This document shows positions 11,426 to 24,371 of a stretch of DNA of 64,000 nucleotides, piece after piece. The DNA is taken from positions 12,402,001-12,466,000 of the forward strand of contig CM119371.1 of NCBI GenBank assembly GCA_051294905.1, read 5' to 3'. The position numbers and the translations under genes are program-made. The notes below the pieces were generated by a model, which saw only the letters and a program-made list of their open reading frames with translations, was not told where the DNA came from and did no database searches. Source of the stretch: Botryllus schlosseri. Its lineage: Eukaryota. The number at the start of each line of letters is the position of its first letter. The stretch's first letter is position 1.

Positions 11426-14342
11426 TCATTCTGGGTAACCCTAAAAATTCCCTTACGTAGCTGTAGAAATTTGACAAATTAAAAGTACAAAGAAGGTTTT
11501 CTTATGGGGCAATCTTTCGAGTATTCTCAGAAAAACTGTATACATCCTACAGAAAAATGGACGCGATTAAACGATGAAGAATTATATTCTTAAAATATTA
11601 CATGAGACAAAACATGCGAACATCCATTATCTTGATAATGCTATTACAATAGATGTCAGTCCGATTCCGAAAAACATGAGGCCCTTCCATACTTTATTGT
11701 AGTATAAAGCGGTATTATCAAAGAATTCTACAAAGCCGTCCTGCAATAAAGATAGAAGCCTTAATGATCATACGGAGGAAAGTTATCGTGTCGTAGAATA
11801 TAAATTGGGAAGCGAATTAGATGGTAAAGCTGAATTTTATCATCGAGAGGTGATATGGACTCTAGAGAGCAGATACACTATATATCTCATGCTAAAGATA
11901 ATTTGTAAATCCCGGCTTATTTTGAGATCTAAGCTACTTTGAAAATGAGGATCCTAGGATTTGCTCAAGTTTCATCTATATCGTACAATGCGTTTTCGCA
12001 CTCCAGAATGACTTATGTCAATGAAAAATAGCAAAAATGATCTCTCAAGCTTTGATCATGGTTTTGTTTTTGAAAGATGTCGCGATGTCGGTATAATATT
12101 TTCTAAAACTTGCAAAAGTTGCTAAAGAACTGCGTTAGTTTTAAATTTGTTCCATCATGAAATGTGTGATGAAATTTGGTATGCTGCATAATCACAATGT
12201 CCTGGAGCTCGTTTAGATACCTAAGCTACTTTAAAATTAGTGCTCGAGTATTTGCCGCAATTATACTGCCATATAGATACAGCCAGAGAGATTCGATGGT
12301 GACGTACTTGTATAATGCACATTTAGGAGAGATTAAGTAAAGCAATGATGTTAGATAAATCTATTAAATTAAGCTAGAAGTAGGTATTTACGAAGAAAGT
12401 TAGCATTCTAGGTCTATACTTCTGCTACTTTGGTATTCTGATGGAGTGCAAGTACTTGTTTACTTATCAACTTTGAAGGTTTGCGCAGTTTGTGGTGTGA
12501 TACTTTCACGTTATTTAAAACTCGATACTCGAAACTTGTTGCTTGTACGAGTTATCGCTGGTGTGTAAAGGGTTAGGAACGATTTTAATGTATAGTTACA
12601 CATTCTAGTTGTTTTGATGTAAGGAAAAAAATAACTGCGTACCGAGTTTCAAGGTGGGGAGCCGATTATTAACATGGTAATTCCGTTTTAAAGTTGACTA
12701 TGTATAGGTACGTGCTGCGCTATGGATAACAGATTTAGCCAAAAGTCGGTATAGAACTGCGTTGGTTTTAAAGGTGTTACATCATGAAATGTCTGATGAA
12801 ATTTGGTATGTTGTATTTTCATAATGTCCTACAACCGCGTACCGAGTTTCAGGGTTGGGATTTGATTATTAGCATGGTAATTCCGTTATTGAAGCTTACT
12901 ATGTATATGTACGTGCTACGCTAGCGAAACACAGATTTACGCAAAAGTGTATAGAGAACTGCGTTAGTTTTGAAGGTATTGCATCATGAAATTGCGATCA
13001 AATTTGGTATGATGCATTGTTATTACTTTTACTTCTATTTAACGGGTTTTCATATAAATCTGCTTACTTTTGTAACTTTGTTTTGTGAAGTAAAGAGTAG
13101 TTTACCGAATAAGTAGTTTACAAATTCCTACGATTTTTCTTGTTGCGTTCCGGGATAACATGTAATTTTTCGGTCTTTTTTATTTTTTATTTTTTAATTA
13201 GTATTCATTTTACAAAACGTCGTGTAAAGGTAAAGTACTTGTACATTTCGTAGTGCTCAAGTATAAGTTTTTAACCTGTTAACTTGACAAAACTTTCAAG
13301 TACTACTTAAAGTGTTATAAAATGTGAAAATGTGTACAAGTAGAATTATTATTATGTCATGAATAAGTAGTTTACAAATTCATACGATTTTTCTTGTTGC
13401 TTTCCGGGGATTTGCATAAGTTTCATCTATAACGTACAATGCGTTTACGCGGTCCAGAATGATTTATGGCGATGAAAAATAGCAAAAATGGTCTATTGAG
13501 CATTGAGCACGGTTCAAGAACTATGATATTCCTGTACTTGCACTTCGAAATGGTTTACTGATCGTCGGTTCATTTAGATACCTAAGCTACTTTAAAATTA
13601 GTACTCGAGTATTTGGCTCAATTATACTATCGGGTAGTTATAGCCAGAGGGATTCGATGGTGACGTACTAGTATAATGCACATTTTGGAGAGATTAAGTA
13701 AAGCAATGATCTCAGATAAATCCGTTAAATTAAGGCAGAAGTAGCAATTTACGAAGAAAGTTAGCATTCTAGGCCTATACTTCTGTTTAATACTGAAAAT
13801 GTCATGAAGTTGAAGCGAACTGAAATCATAAACACTTTAGTATTAGGTCCATATACGCGATAAGCTACTTTAGTATTCTGATGGTTTGAGATAAAATGTA
13901 ATTTTTCGTGCTTTTTTATTTTTTAATAAAATCAGTATTCATTTTACAGAAACGTCGTGTAAAGGTAAAGTACTTGTACATTTCGGAGTACTCACGTATA
14001 AGTTCTGGTTAGCTAAATTTCGATGTCATAGAAATACCACAAACTGTGCTACTTGTACTTCTTCAGAGTACTCAATTAGGTTTTTAGCTATATGCAACAA
14101 ATACTTTCGGGTGTTTTTGATATTGGACTGCTTCAACTCCATGATAATTATAGTATTAAGCAGAAATGAACCTACAATACGAACGTTTTACTTACTCGGA
14201 AATGGCTACTTTTACGTTAATTTATAAAACTTAAGTAAAGCTCACGAAATCGAAAGTGTAAACGTCTCTAATGCGCTGAAAAAGACAGAAAAAGTACTCA
14301 ATACGCTAAATTTGAATCTAAAAATATTAATTCTCGTAAACG

Positions 14343-14425
14343 TAGTGGGTGTGGGATTCGAACCTATGTGAACACTTGTTCATTGAAACTTAAGTCCAAC
14401 GCCTTAACCGCTCGCTGAAGCCAGT
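14343..14425 (-). pseudogene. tRNA-Leu(UAA)-derived sequence (mirror of 5552-5634)
   Basis: Reverse complement of 5552-5634. Confidence 0.75.
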
Positions 14426-15564
14426 TCCGTTGCTACGATATCTGAGAAATCTATTAAATTAGGGTAGAAATAACTATTTCCGAGTAAGTTTCACGAAGTC
14501 TCGATACGCTATATTTAATCTAAAAATATTAATCCCCATAAAACGTACTGGGTGTGGGGTTCGAAGCCTAGAATAATAAGCGGATCGTGATTGAAAATAG
14601 AAGGAGGATCACTGGATTAACGTTTATGGAATACTCCGCAATGTAAAATTAGTATATACTGCACAAAATCCAGCGTGTAAGAGTCTTTACTGCATCGGAA
14701 TAGTGTAGTTTTCTATCTACTTTACAAAATTTGAGCACGGTTCAAGAACTATGATATTCCTGTACTTGCACTTCGAAATGGTTTACTGACCGTTGGTTCA
14801 TTTAGATACCTAAGCTACTTTAAAATTAGTACTCGAGTATTTGGCTCAATTATACTATCGGGTAGTTATAGCCAGAGGGATTCGATGGTGACGTACTAGT
14901 ATAATGCACATTTTGGAGAGATTAAGTAAAGCAATGATCTCAGATATATCCGTTAAATTAAGGCAGAAGTAGCAATTTACGAAGAAAGTTAGCATTCTAG
15001 GCCTATACTTCTGTTTAATACTGAAAATGTCATGAAGTTGAAGCGAACTGAAATCATAAACACTTTAGGTCCATATACGCGATAAGCTACTTTAGTATTC
15101 TGATGGTTTGGGATAAAATGTAATTTTTCGTGCTTTTTTATTTTTTAATAAAATCAGTATTCATTTTACAGAAACGTCGTGTAAAGGTAAAGTACTTGTA
15201 CATTTCGGAGTACTCAAGTATAAGTTCTGGTTAGCTAAATTTCGATGTCATAGAAATACCACAGACTGTGCTACTTGTACTTCTTCAGAGTACTCAATTA
15301 GGTTTTTAGCTATATGCAACAAATACTTTCGGGTGTTTTTGATATTGGACTGCTTCAACTCCATGATAATTATAGTATTAAGCAGAAATGAACCTACAAT
15401 ACGAACGTTTTACTTACTCGGAAATGGCTACTTTTACGTTAATTTATAAAACTTAAGTAAAGCTCACGAAATCAATAGTGTAAACGTCTCTAATGCACTG
15501 AAAAAGGCAGAAAAAGTACTCAATACGCTAAATTTGAATCTAAAAATATTAATTCTCGTAAACG

Positions 15565-15647
15565 TAGTGGGTGTGGGATTCGAACCTATGTGAACACTTG
15601 TTCATTGAAACTTAAGTCCAACGCCTTAACCGCTGGCTGAAGCCAGT
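15565..15647 (-). pseudogene. tRNA-Leu(UAA)-derived sequence (mirror of 4330-4412)
   Basis: Reverse complement of 4330-4412. Confidence 0.75.
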
Positions 15648-15729
15648 TCCGTTGCTACGATATCTGAGAAATCTATTAAATTAGGGTAGAAATAACTATT
15701 TCCGAGTAAGTTTCACGAAGTCTCGATAC

Positions 15730-16348
15730 TAGGGCTGTTCAAAAATAACTTTTTTTCCTGAATCTTGCTGGTTACTTGATTAAATCGTTAGGTTGCCTTA
15801 AAAAACGACGCACACCAAATTTGAATTCATTCCGACAAATATTCGCGGGTTACGTAGAGTTTGAAAATTTTGGATTTGCCCAAAAACGCAAAAAAAAATT
15901 TTTCTCAAATTTTTTTGCCAACCCCATGAAATTGTTGGGCTGTCTTCAAAAACTATGCAAAACAAATTTGACTCAATTCCAAGCCGTAGAAGCGGAGTTA
16001 TTCCAGTTTTTCGGTGATAATTCTTGGATTATCCACCAATCAAGGATAATCCCAGAATTATCGAATAAAAACTGAAATAACTCCGCTTCTACGGCTTGGA
16101 ATTGAGTCAAATTTGTTTTGCATAGTTTTTGAAGACAGCCCAACAATTTCATGGGGTTGGCAAAAAAATTTGAGAAAATTTTTTTTTTGCGTTTTTGGGC
16201 AAATCCAAAATTTTCAAACTCTACGTAACCCGCGAATATTTGTCGGAATGAATTCAAATTTGGTGTGCGTCGTTTTTTAAGGCAACCTAACGATTTAATC
16301 AAGTAACCAGCAAGATTCAGGAAAAAAAGTTATTTTTGAACAGCCCTA
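15730..16348. mobile_element. Foldback hAT-type MITE inserted in the right arm only
   Basis: TAGGGCTGTTCAAAAA...TTTTTGAACAGCCCTA, palindromic over nearly its whole length; exact 8-bp TSD CTCGATAC (15722-15729, 16349-16356); empty site in the left arm near 4248-4255. Confidence 0.92.
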
Positions 16349-19300
16349 CTCGATACCCTATATTTAATCTAAAAATATTAATCCCCATAAAACGTACTGG
16401 GTGTGGGGTTCGAAGCCTAGAATAATAAGCGGATCGTGATTGAAAATAGAAGGAGGGTCACTGGATTAACGTTTATGGAATACTCCGCAATGTAAAATTA
16501 GTATATACTGCACAAAATCCAGCGTGTAAGAGTCTTTACTGCATCGGAATAGTGTAGTTTTCTATCTACTTTACCAAATTTATACGATTTTTCTTGCTAC
16601 GTTCCGGGATAAGGAAATTAGGAGTCCTATCTTCCCAATCGGTATGGAACAACATCAAAATCACCACAAAGCAATATAGACTTTTGCATGAATTCTGTTA
16701 TGCGTTTACTACGGTAGCATGCGCACTTGCTTACAGGTGTCCAGACGCGGACTTTCTACTATATTCGCTCCTAACATTATAGCAGCACCCGACGCAGCTT
16801 ACATTATTACGTTATAAGACGCCGGCGGCGTTTCACTGTTGGTTTAATTACCCTTATTCTAGTGACATGAAAAGGACTGAATCGTATGAAATGTGGTCAC
16901 TTCAAGAATCACGATTTTTCATTAAGTAGTTATGTTTCTAGGCTACTTTTACTTCTATTTCACGGGTTTTCATAGAAATCTGCTTACTTTTATAACTTTA
17001 TATTTTGTGAAGTAGAGAGTAGTTTAAGGTTATGTTTGTCTAACCTTGGCGAGTGCTATTGTCACACTCGATCACCATCTTCAAATCATGGCTATCTCAA
17101 TGATGTTGACTAAATTTTCGGCTTCAGAACGTGTTAATTAGACCTAATCGTTTCTTAACGCAGGGGTTCGCGTACAGGCATCGATAGAGTTTGTATAAAT
17201 AAAGCCCTGCGAATCGCACGCCTACGGCTATAGTTCGTTCGATTATTTTTCACCTTGGGATTCGCGTATATGCTACTAAGCTGTTACGACTTTAGAAAAT
17301 TCTACAATACTATTCGGAACGCGCACATGCGAGTGATTTGTTTCTGTAGCTCGGAACTGGAGAATCGCTTGCCTGCGTCTAATGAAAATAAGTCGTAAAA
17401 TGTGGAGGCTGCAGAGACAGTAACTTGTATACATAAAATCAAGTTTAAAATTATGGTCGGATGGGTTATCTCTGACCAATAGAGTAATATAACCGCCTAT
17501 AGTTTAGTGGGGTATTGCTATAATGTATATCCAAACAATCGTTGCAGACTCTGAATGTTACCTAGGTCCTTATCACAAAAAAATCATGCATCAGAAGCGT
17601 AGGGGTTCATATTATCAAGTCGCAGCGCTCAAAATCGCATTTTATATTAAGTAATTAGTGATGATGTGTAGAATTTTGATATTAATAATATTATCCGGAG
17701 AATATAACCTTACATAGACATCATAGTTTTCGTATTTATGTATAATCTGAATAGGAATTTAAATATATAGTCCTAAATACACATAATAGAAAATCTGTCG
17801 ATTCTAGCCAAGGTAAGTTTTGACGCAGCAATCATAAGTCGTAAAATGTGGAAACTACAGAAACCGTAACTTGTACACATAAAATCAAGTTTAAAAAATA
17901 TGGACGGATGATATTAGTCCTAAATACACATAATACAATATCTGAGAAAAGTATCAAGATGCGGCAATCAATGCAGCGATGACATAGCAATGGATGGATG
18001 ATGTGGCAATAGGTGTGCTATAGGTGCGGCAATGGGCGGATGATGTGGCAATGTAGGCGTGGCAATTAAGGCGACGTGGCCTTCTGGGATTGGTCTGCGT
18101 ATAACCCAGACCATCATACTACTGTCGTGGGCCTCCACATGGTGATAATTCGCCCTCAGCCCCTTGAGCCTGTACGCTTTTTCCCCGCTACTTATTATCA
18201 GCAACATTGGGTCTATTGTGATGCGGGGAAAATTTCTATAATTCATGTTTGAATAGGTTAATCTGATCGGGAATTGCATATATTTTGCTATCAATTTTGT
18301 ATCCCCTCTCTATACACGTAATGAGATATACCAGTAGAGCTGCGTGAGGAGTGTGGGAAAAGGCAGGACCTCTAAATAAGAATTAAACATCTTCGGGCGG
18401 ACCCGTTATTATATTGACTTCGTTACATTATGCTATTCCGTGACCTCCTATATCTGCTACGTCAAAAGATATGGAAATCGCCAAAACTACGAGGCACACA
18501 CGATTTCAAATTGGTATTGCTTTACTGGTAAATAATTTTTACCTGCGGGATGTTATTTGTCCTGTGGGATTCAGATCGCCAGGACAGGAACATTCGGCGC
18601 CAGCCATTTAGCCGCCCAAGGACAGTTAAACATACATGTATATTGTATATATATCGATGTTTTCGGTCACCACAAGGGCATTCCTTCTCGGCCAAGGTCA
18701 TCTCGCTGCTGTTCGTTCTGGAACACTTCTCGGAGTCGCATGTTACATGGCCTATAACTACATATGTCTTGGTGCGTCGCGGCGTCGTGGCCGAAACCGA
18801 ACTCTCCATTTCTATAAATTTTACGTATTTTCTTGGGCGACGGGTACCCAATAATTAGGATATTCGGCAATATTAAATCACCTACCCAGCGCCAAAAAAA
18901 CCTGAAAAAGTGGCATAAATTTCCAAAAATATACTCTATAATTTATGTTAATTCACGAAATAATTTTGTTTCCCTACGAGCTCGCCCGGCAGTTTCCACA
19001 CTACCCAACACTTTTGTCGTCACAGAGCAGCTATTTGCTGGTTTGACTACACAAAACCACACAACACCAGTACGCAAGACAATCGCCTATAATTGCAACA
19101 TGAAACTTATTGTGAATCGATACCGGTGACGATCAAAATTTCGCGAAGGCGTAATTTCACGTCATACTGGTCGTGCTGGAGGCGTTTGTGACGCCATCAT
19201 TTGCCATCCAGAGTTAAAAATGAGATTTGTGAACAACACGCAGCATAATTTTCGATACATAGATTCCAGAGCAGTTAACTGGTAACGGTAATCGCGCATG

Positions 19301-19640
19301 TGTCTTCGTGAATATGTAGACTGTCCGGTATATAATTTTGAACAAATGCGTCTATTCCCCACCAGAAACCACTGAATTCCCCACCAGTGGGGAATTCCCC
19401 GCCGTTTGGGAACCACTGCTCTAAAGTGTTCATTTTCATTGATGACATATTTGTGTCGCTCGTTGCTCTAATTGTATCTCTGGGCCAGGGATTCGCAAAT
19501 GGTAGGCCACAGGGCTATTTGGAAAATTGTGGAATTAGTGAAAGTTGGTTATATTTTTTATGTTCATATATTCAAAACTATATTCATGTTATTCATGAAT
19601 TATACGTATGCTACATAAAGCTTTTCGTCCGACTCTGATG

Positions 19641-20183
19641 TAGGGTTACCATATTTTTGTGAAGCAAATTCCGGACACTCTATAGCGCCCACTTGCGGAT
19701 TTAAAAATGAGGATTAAAACATTGTCGGTCAATATGACGTCACACTAGCAAAGCATTGCCCATCGACAATATACAAGAATGGAGTGAAAAATAGGTCATG
19801 AATTGTGTCATCTGTAATGTGAGCTCTGGTCTTGCAATGGTGTGCAATAGATTTGGATGAAATCGTCTGACGGGCCGTGTCTGACCTGTCGGGATTGTGT
19901 TTGACTTGATTAGCAGATTACTAAAAAAATTCAGCTTGCCAAACTTACTCAGGGTCTATTTTGGAAGCTGATTACGTCCAACATCTTCGCGATCCCAGAT
20001 AAAGGCAAACGACCCCAAGATTTGGGACCACTGTCTGTGACTGAAGCATCCAATTGGCCTCAACCAACTCTACGAATATGCCGTTAGCTTACAATTGCGA
20101 TTACAATTAGACTTATTTCAGTAAATGATGGTAATTTATATTTATTTTTGATTGCATTATTTGCGAGGGCGGTGCCTGTTTAC
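19641..20183. mobile_element. TAGGGTTACCAT-family DNA transposon fragment
   Basis: Starts TAGGGTTACCATATTTTTGTGAAGCAAATT; colinear with 40565-41410 apart from an internal deletion; interrupted at 20184. Confidence 0.65.
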
Positions 20184-20720
20184 CAGGGTTGTAACCAAGT
20201 CACAAGGCTCCGAGTCACAAGCCAATCTCACTTTTATATTTTTGACTCGAGTCCAGTCGAGTCATTTTCAATTCCCACCGAGTCAAGTCCGAGTCCAAGT
20301 CAGCGAACAGAGGATCGAGTCCGAGTCATGGTATTATGACTCGAGTCCGAGTCCAAGTCATTGTGTTGACTGCTCAGTTTCCAGTTAAAGTCTTCCTAAA
20401 CCCACTTTTTTAACTCTGTTTGGTGATATTGAATGGTTCGCATTCATAATATATCAATTTTCCTCACTTTTAGCAGTTTCTGGTCGCATTTTCAAGCACC
20501 AGTACCAACAAACGAAATCCCAATAGTGTGTTGGATTCGAAATTACAATGAAATGTCGGTCTTGGCCGTCTGAATCTCGAGTCAATGACTTGCTTCGAGT
20601 CATGCACAATGACTCGAGTCCAAGTCGAGTCAATACACAGATTGACTCGAGTCGAGTCATTTCCGTATTTTGAGAAAATGATTCGAGTCGAGTCGAGTCA
20701 TCCGAAAATCGTGATCTCGG
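20184..20720. mobile_element. hAT MITE with GACTCGAGTC repeats (right end truncated)
   Basis: Starts CAGGGTTGTAA; 20578-20715 resembles 1456-1600. Related GAGTC arrays at ~27590-27725, 36990-37130, 42130-42360 and 43880-43945. Confidence 0.7.
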
Positions 20721-22464
20721 GAGTAATATGGGTGTCACTCAGACCACCTGCGATGGAAATTTGACAATGTCGCAGTGCATTCTTGATACGTTAGTTCATC
20801 TTTGCAACCTCTAACAAATGTCTAACCTGATTCAATGTTTGCAAATTTTGCAAATCTGGCAATGAGACGATGAAGAACAGCAACAGCACTGAAAGCGACT
20901 TCATACCATTGTAGCACCCAAATCTAACTATGAAGTTACGCAACTACCGCAAAGAACATCACAGAAGATTCTACCAGCAACAATTTTCGCCAACTTTTCC
21001 GATTGCTACAATTATATCTGCTCAGGATATAAATGACGTGAAACAAATCGCGAACCGCAAAAGGGTTTACTTTTAGGTGCTGTGAGATAGTTTTGATAAA
21101 TTTCTTACAACTCCTACTGTGTTGAATGATAAAATAGAAACATAAGCTGCAAATCCGTACCTCTACTTTTGCGTGAAACAGTAAAAATTTTGGTGAATGT
21201 ACTTGGGAATTGGACTGAGATATAGGAAATCAGCGTTCAATGAACGGACGAGCGGGTTTTTCGGGACTTGAGCCTGAAAATGACCTTTTAATAGTCAATC
21301 AACGGATAATCTGAAAAATGGCGATATTCCGAAAGCTTTTTTTCAGTCAAACAACCACAAACTCGGGAAGAATTTACGGATTTCACTCCAGTATTGGATG
21401 TCTGAAAATTTTGAAAAAGTGTCGTCTTCAGATTCTCAAAAATGGTACACCTAGATAATATGAGCATTAAACGTGTATATTGCGACCGTAGTCAGGATAG
21501 AAAGTGACAACCAGGGCTTTGGAGCCGGATCCCGGAGCCGTGCGTTTTTACCGGAGCTGGAGCCGGAGTTCTACATAAAATTCAGCTGGAGCCGGAGCTG
21601 GAACTACTTATTTAAGGGGTAGCTCCGGCTCCGAAGTATTTCATAAGATGCTAATATATATGCAACAACCATATCTTCTGAGTTCACAAATAAGTCAACA
21701 GCAGGCCTTCGCGAAATTATGAATATTTGCCTCTTTGGCTCTACCTATTCCGACTAACCATGTTCCTTGGGAGCAGTCATATGTTCAATGTTCAATTTTG
21801 ATACATGAGTGCCGAACCTCGGTATGCTAGATATTCCTGTGAATATTGTGGGTATTCGGCATACCCGCAATTTCATCATCAACACAACGTTGCTGGCCTA
21901 TTGTATACGGTTCGAAAATAATGATTTCTATGTATTACGCGAAATTGGAGAGAGGATAAAAACGTGATGTCGTTGAACACGTCGATATGACGAGCACGAG
22001 CCGAGAAATTCCATCTCATCGTTGCCATGAAACGGACGAGCAAATACTCGTTCTTTAATCGGGCCGCGAAATTTCATCTCATCGTTGCCATGAATCGGAC
22101 GAGCAAATACTCGTTCTTTAATCTGGCCTCGAAATTAACCAGTGTTATTGAGTATACAATTATGTATGTGAATTGGAGTTCATGGGTGCGCATGATCGAT
22201 ATTCACTCCAGTAAGGATTTTCGAGCGTTAATTGGGGATGGCAGAAGAGTAGCCCAAAACGCCTTTAGGCCTACACTCAGCGAACAATTGTCGCGGTGCG
22301 GCCTACTGAATGAGATGTCAGGACCCCATGGTATTTTATGTTGGAGACAAATTACTGATTTGATACGCGATTTCCAATTTGTAATCATCTGTTTTGTAAA
22401 TTCATTCTTGATGTCTGCTTGATACTCTAGTATTCCCAGATCATCGAGCACTGTGACTTGTAAA

Positions 22465-22620
22465 TGTGCAATGTGCATACTGCATAGTTTAATTCGTTAT
22501 GGACATGGTGCAATGTGCATACGGCATAGTTTAATTAGTTATGGGCATGGCGCAATGTGCATACGGCATAGTTTAATTCGTCATGGGCATGGCGCAATGT
22601 GCGTGGCACAGTGTTTAATT
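22465..22620. repeat. Minisatellite, ~42-bp unit x3-4
   Basis: GTGCAATGTGCATACGGCATAGTTTAATTCGTTATGGGCATG repeated in tandem. Confidence 0.85.
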
Positions 22621-23049
22621 TGATTATTCGATTCGTTTCAACGAGAAAATATTATATTCCAATAAACTTGAGCGACACCGGATGGACTGGTAACAGGTTC
22701 ACCAATGTCGAACGTCAAACCATTGGCCATTTGGTACAAATCGAATTTTTATTGATCAGGTCGTGATGTCCGCCCATATTGCTCTTACTTCAGTTACAGT
22801 TGAATAATAATCGGTTAGATTGAATTGAGCTGTATGGCTTAATGTTAACGAGTACAGTGCCATTGTTAAAACGCCGCATCAGAATTTTCATACTGTACAC
22901 AGCACTGACATGTAGTAAAGTGCGTTCTAGTGCAACTATGATGTCATCGACAATTGACAAGTATTCATGACGACGTCACAGGCCCACCCGGCGGCACCAA
23001 TGTCTTTGTTGCTGCATCCGATGTTACTGACGGTTTACAGACTCTAGAT

Positions 23050-24317
23050 CAGGGGTTCTCAACCTGGGGGGGGGGCGAGAAATTGACAAAGTCTGTATAA
23101 ATTGTGACTAAACATGTGTTCAACAATCATTTTGGAATAACGATTGTTGACAATTAAACATATCTCGTATTCTAGAAAGCTTGCCAAACTCAAACTCCAG
23201 CAGTCGCGCTCAACGAAGTATAGGCTGACTTCAACTTCATTTGAGAAAATTTTTGATATTCTTTGGAGATTTAGAGCAATTCTTACATGCAAGTCATTCA
23301 TTACTTTATAGCTTTGGCAGTAGCCTAAATCTCGGTGCGCTTGGTAGCTGCTGTTATGGCTGGCGACCTGCAATGTCTAAGACAGACTTAGATGCAATAT
23401 AGGTTGCCCCGTTTCGCCCTCAATTAGGCTATAAATCAAAACAATTTAATTCATTTCCAAAACTGACCAGTTTTAGCATGGCAGGACAGAACGACGCCAT
23501 GCTCTCTGTAGTTACCACCAGCATCAGGATTAGTCTCAGTGCAACCTATACCCTGAAATTAATTGATGTCCTGTTCAATGTTTTTTTGTTATTTGCAAAC
23601 AAGTTTAGGCAAATTTGTCAGCAATGTAAAAGACTCAACAACTGGAATGCGGATTAAAAATTGCCGTAAGATATACCTCATGCATACTATTCGATCAGGG
23701 TTGGGCAACCTGCGGCCGTAGAAGGGAATTTGTGCGGCCGCCGACGTCAAATAGTATGTGTTAGCGGCCGTTTGCAATTACGAATTCACTCCCGAATTTT
23801 CGAGAGATTTTATTTAATCTTGAAATTTTCTTCGCGCTCCGCGCAATTCAACAAGACTTCATTTTTCAATTATAAAACAGTCGAGCTCTTCTTAAACTGA
23901 GACGGAATGGGAATCGTCAAGAAATAACAATTCATTCGCGGCTATGAAAATTTTTCGCGCTCAGCGCGACAATATACACTCCCAGCCCCTATTCATAACA
24001 TTGCCACTCGCGATTTCGGTGCGTACAATAGGCCGTTGCGAAAAGCAGAATAGTCCAGAGTTCACCTGGAATGGAAATGGACAGTTTACCAGAGGTATTT
24101 TGCGTCCAGATCGATCATTGCGGCTATGCCCTGGAACGCGGCCTTAGGCTACATAAGTCATCGAAATGCGGCCATGATTAGTAAAAAGGTTGCCCACCTC
24201 TGTATTAGATGATGTGCTCTTTTTGACATGACGATAAATGTAAGGGGGGTAAGGGGGCGCGATTGTTTTGACCATCGCCAAGGGGTGCGCGTGTTAAAAA
24301 AAGGTTGAGAACCGCTG
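23050..24317. mobile_element. hAT (Charlie/Buster-like) non-autonomous element nested in copy A
   Basis: CAGGGGTTCTCAACC...GGTTGAGAACCGCTG; flanks CTCTAGAT/TTCTAGAA fit the NTCTAGAN target; empty site TCTAGA near 30538 in copy B. Confidence 0.8.
23696..24202. mobile_element. hAT MITE nested in 23050-24317
   Basis: CAGGGTTGGGCAACC...GGTTGCCCACCTCTG; TSD TATTCGAT/TATTAGAT (7/8). Confidence 0.8.
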
Positions 24318-24371
24318 TTCTAGAATAATATAAATAACTAACCTACGGGTAGATTAGGAATCTATATCGGA

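Larger units (their letters stand above)
2482..18123. mobile_element. Giant palindromic non-autonomous Polinton/Maverick-like element 1 (15.6 kb)
   Basis: Ends AGTAGTATGATGGTCTGGG...CCCAGACCATCATACTACT; exact 6-bp TSD GTCGTG; ~5.8-kb inverted arms; no long ORF. AG...CT ends with AGT repeats and a 6-bp TSD are Polinton hallmarks. Confidence 0.85.
11676..18123 (-). repeat. Right inverted arm of element 1
   Basis: Starts ATGAGGCCCTTCCATAC, reverse complement of the left-arm end; carries an extra 619-bp MITE plus 8-bp TSD. Confidence 0.95.
1868..19418. mobile_element. Non-autonomous hAT element (outermost host of a nested stack)
   Basis: TIRs CAGTGGTTCCCAA...TTGGGAACCACTG; exact 8-bp TSD CTCTAAAG at 1860-1867 and 19419-19426; about 1.4 kb once nested insertions are removed. 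Confidence 0.85.

Noticed and set aside
15776..16302. Twin convergent ORFs MIKSLGCLKK...
   Set aside because: By-product of the palindromic MITE; non-ATG start and no domain.
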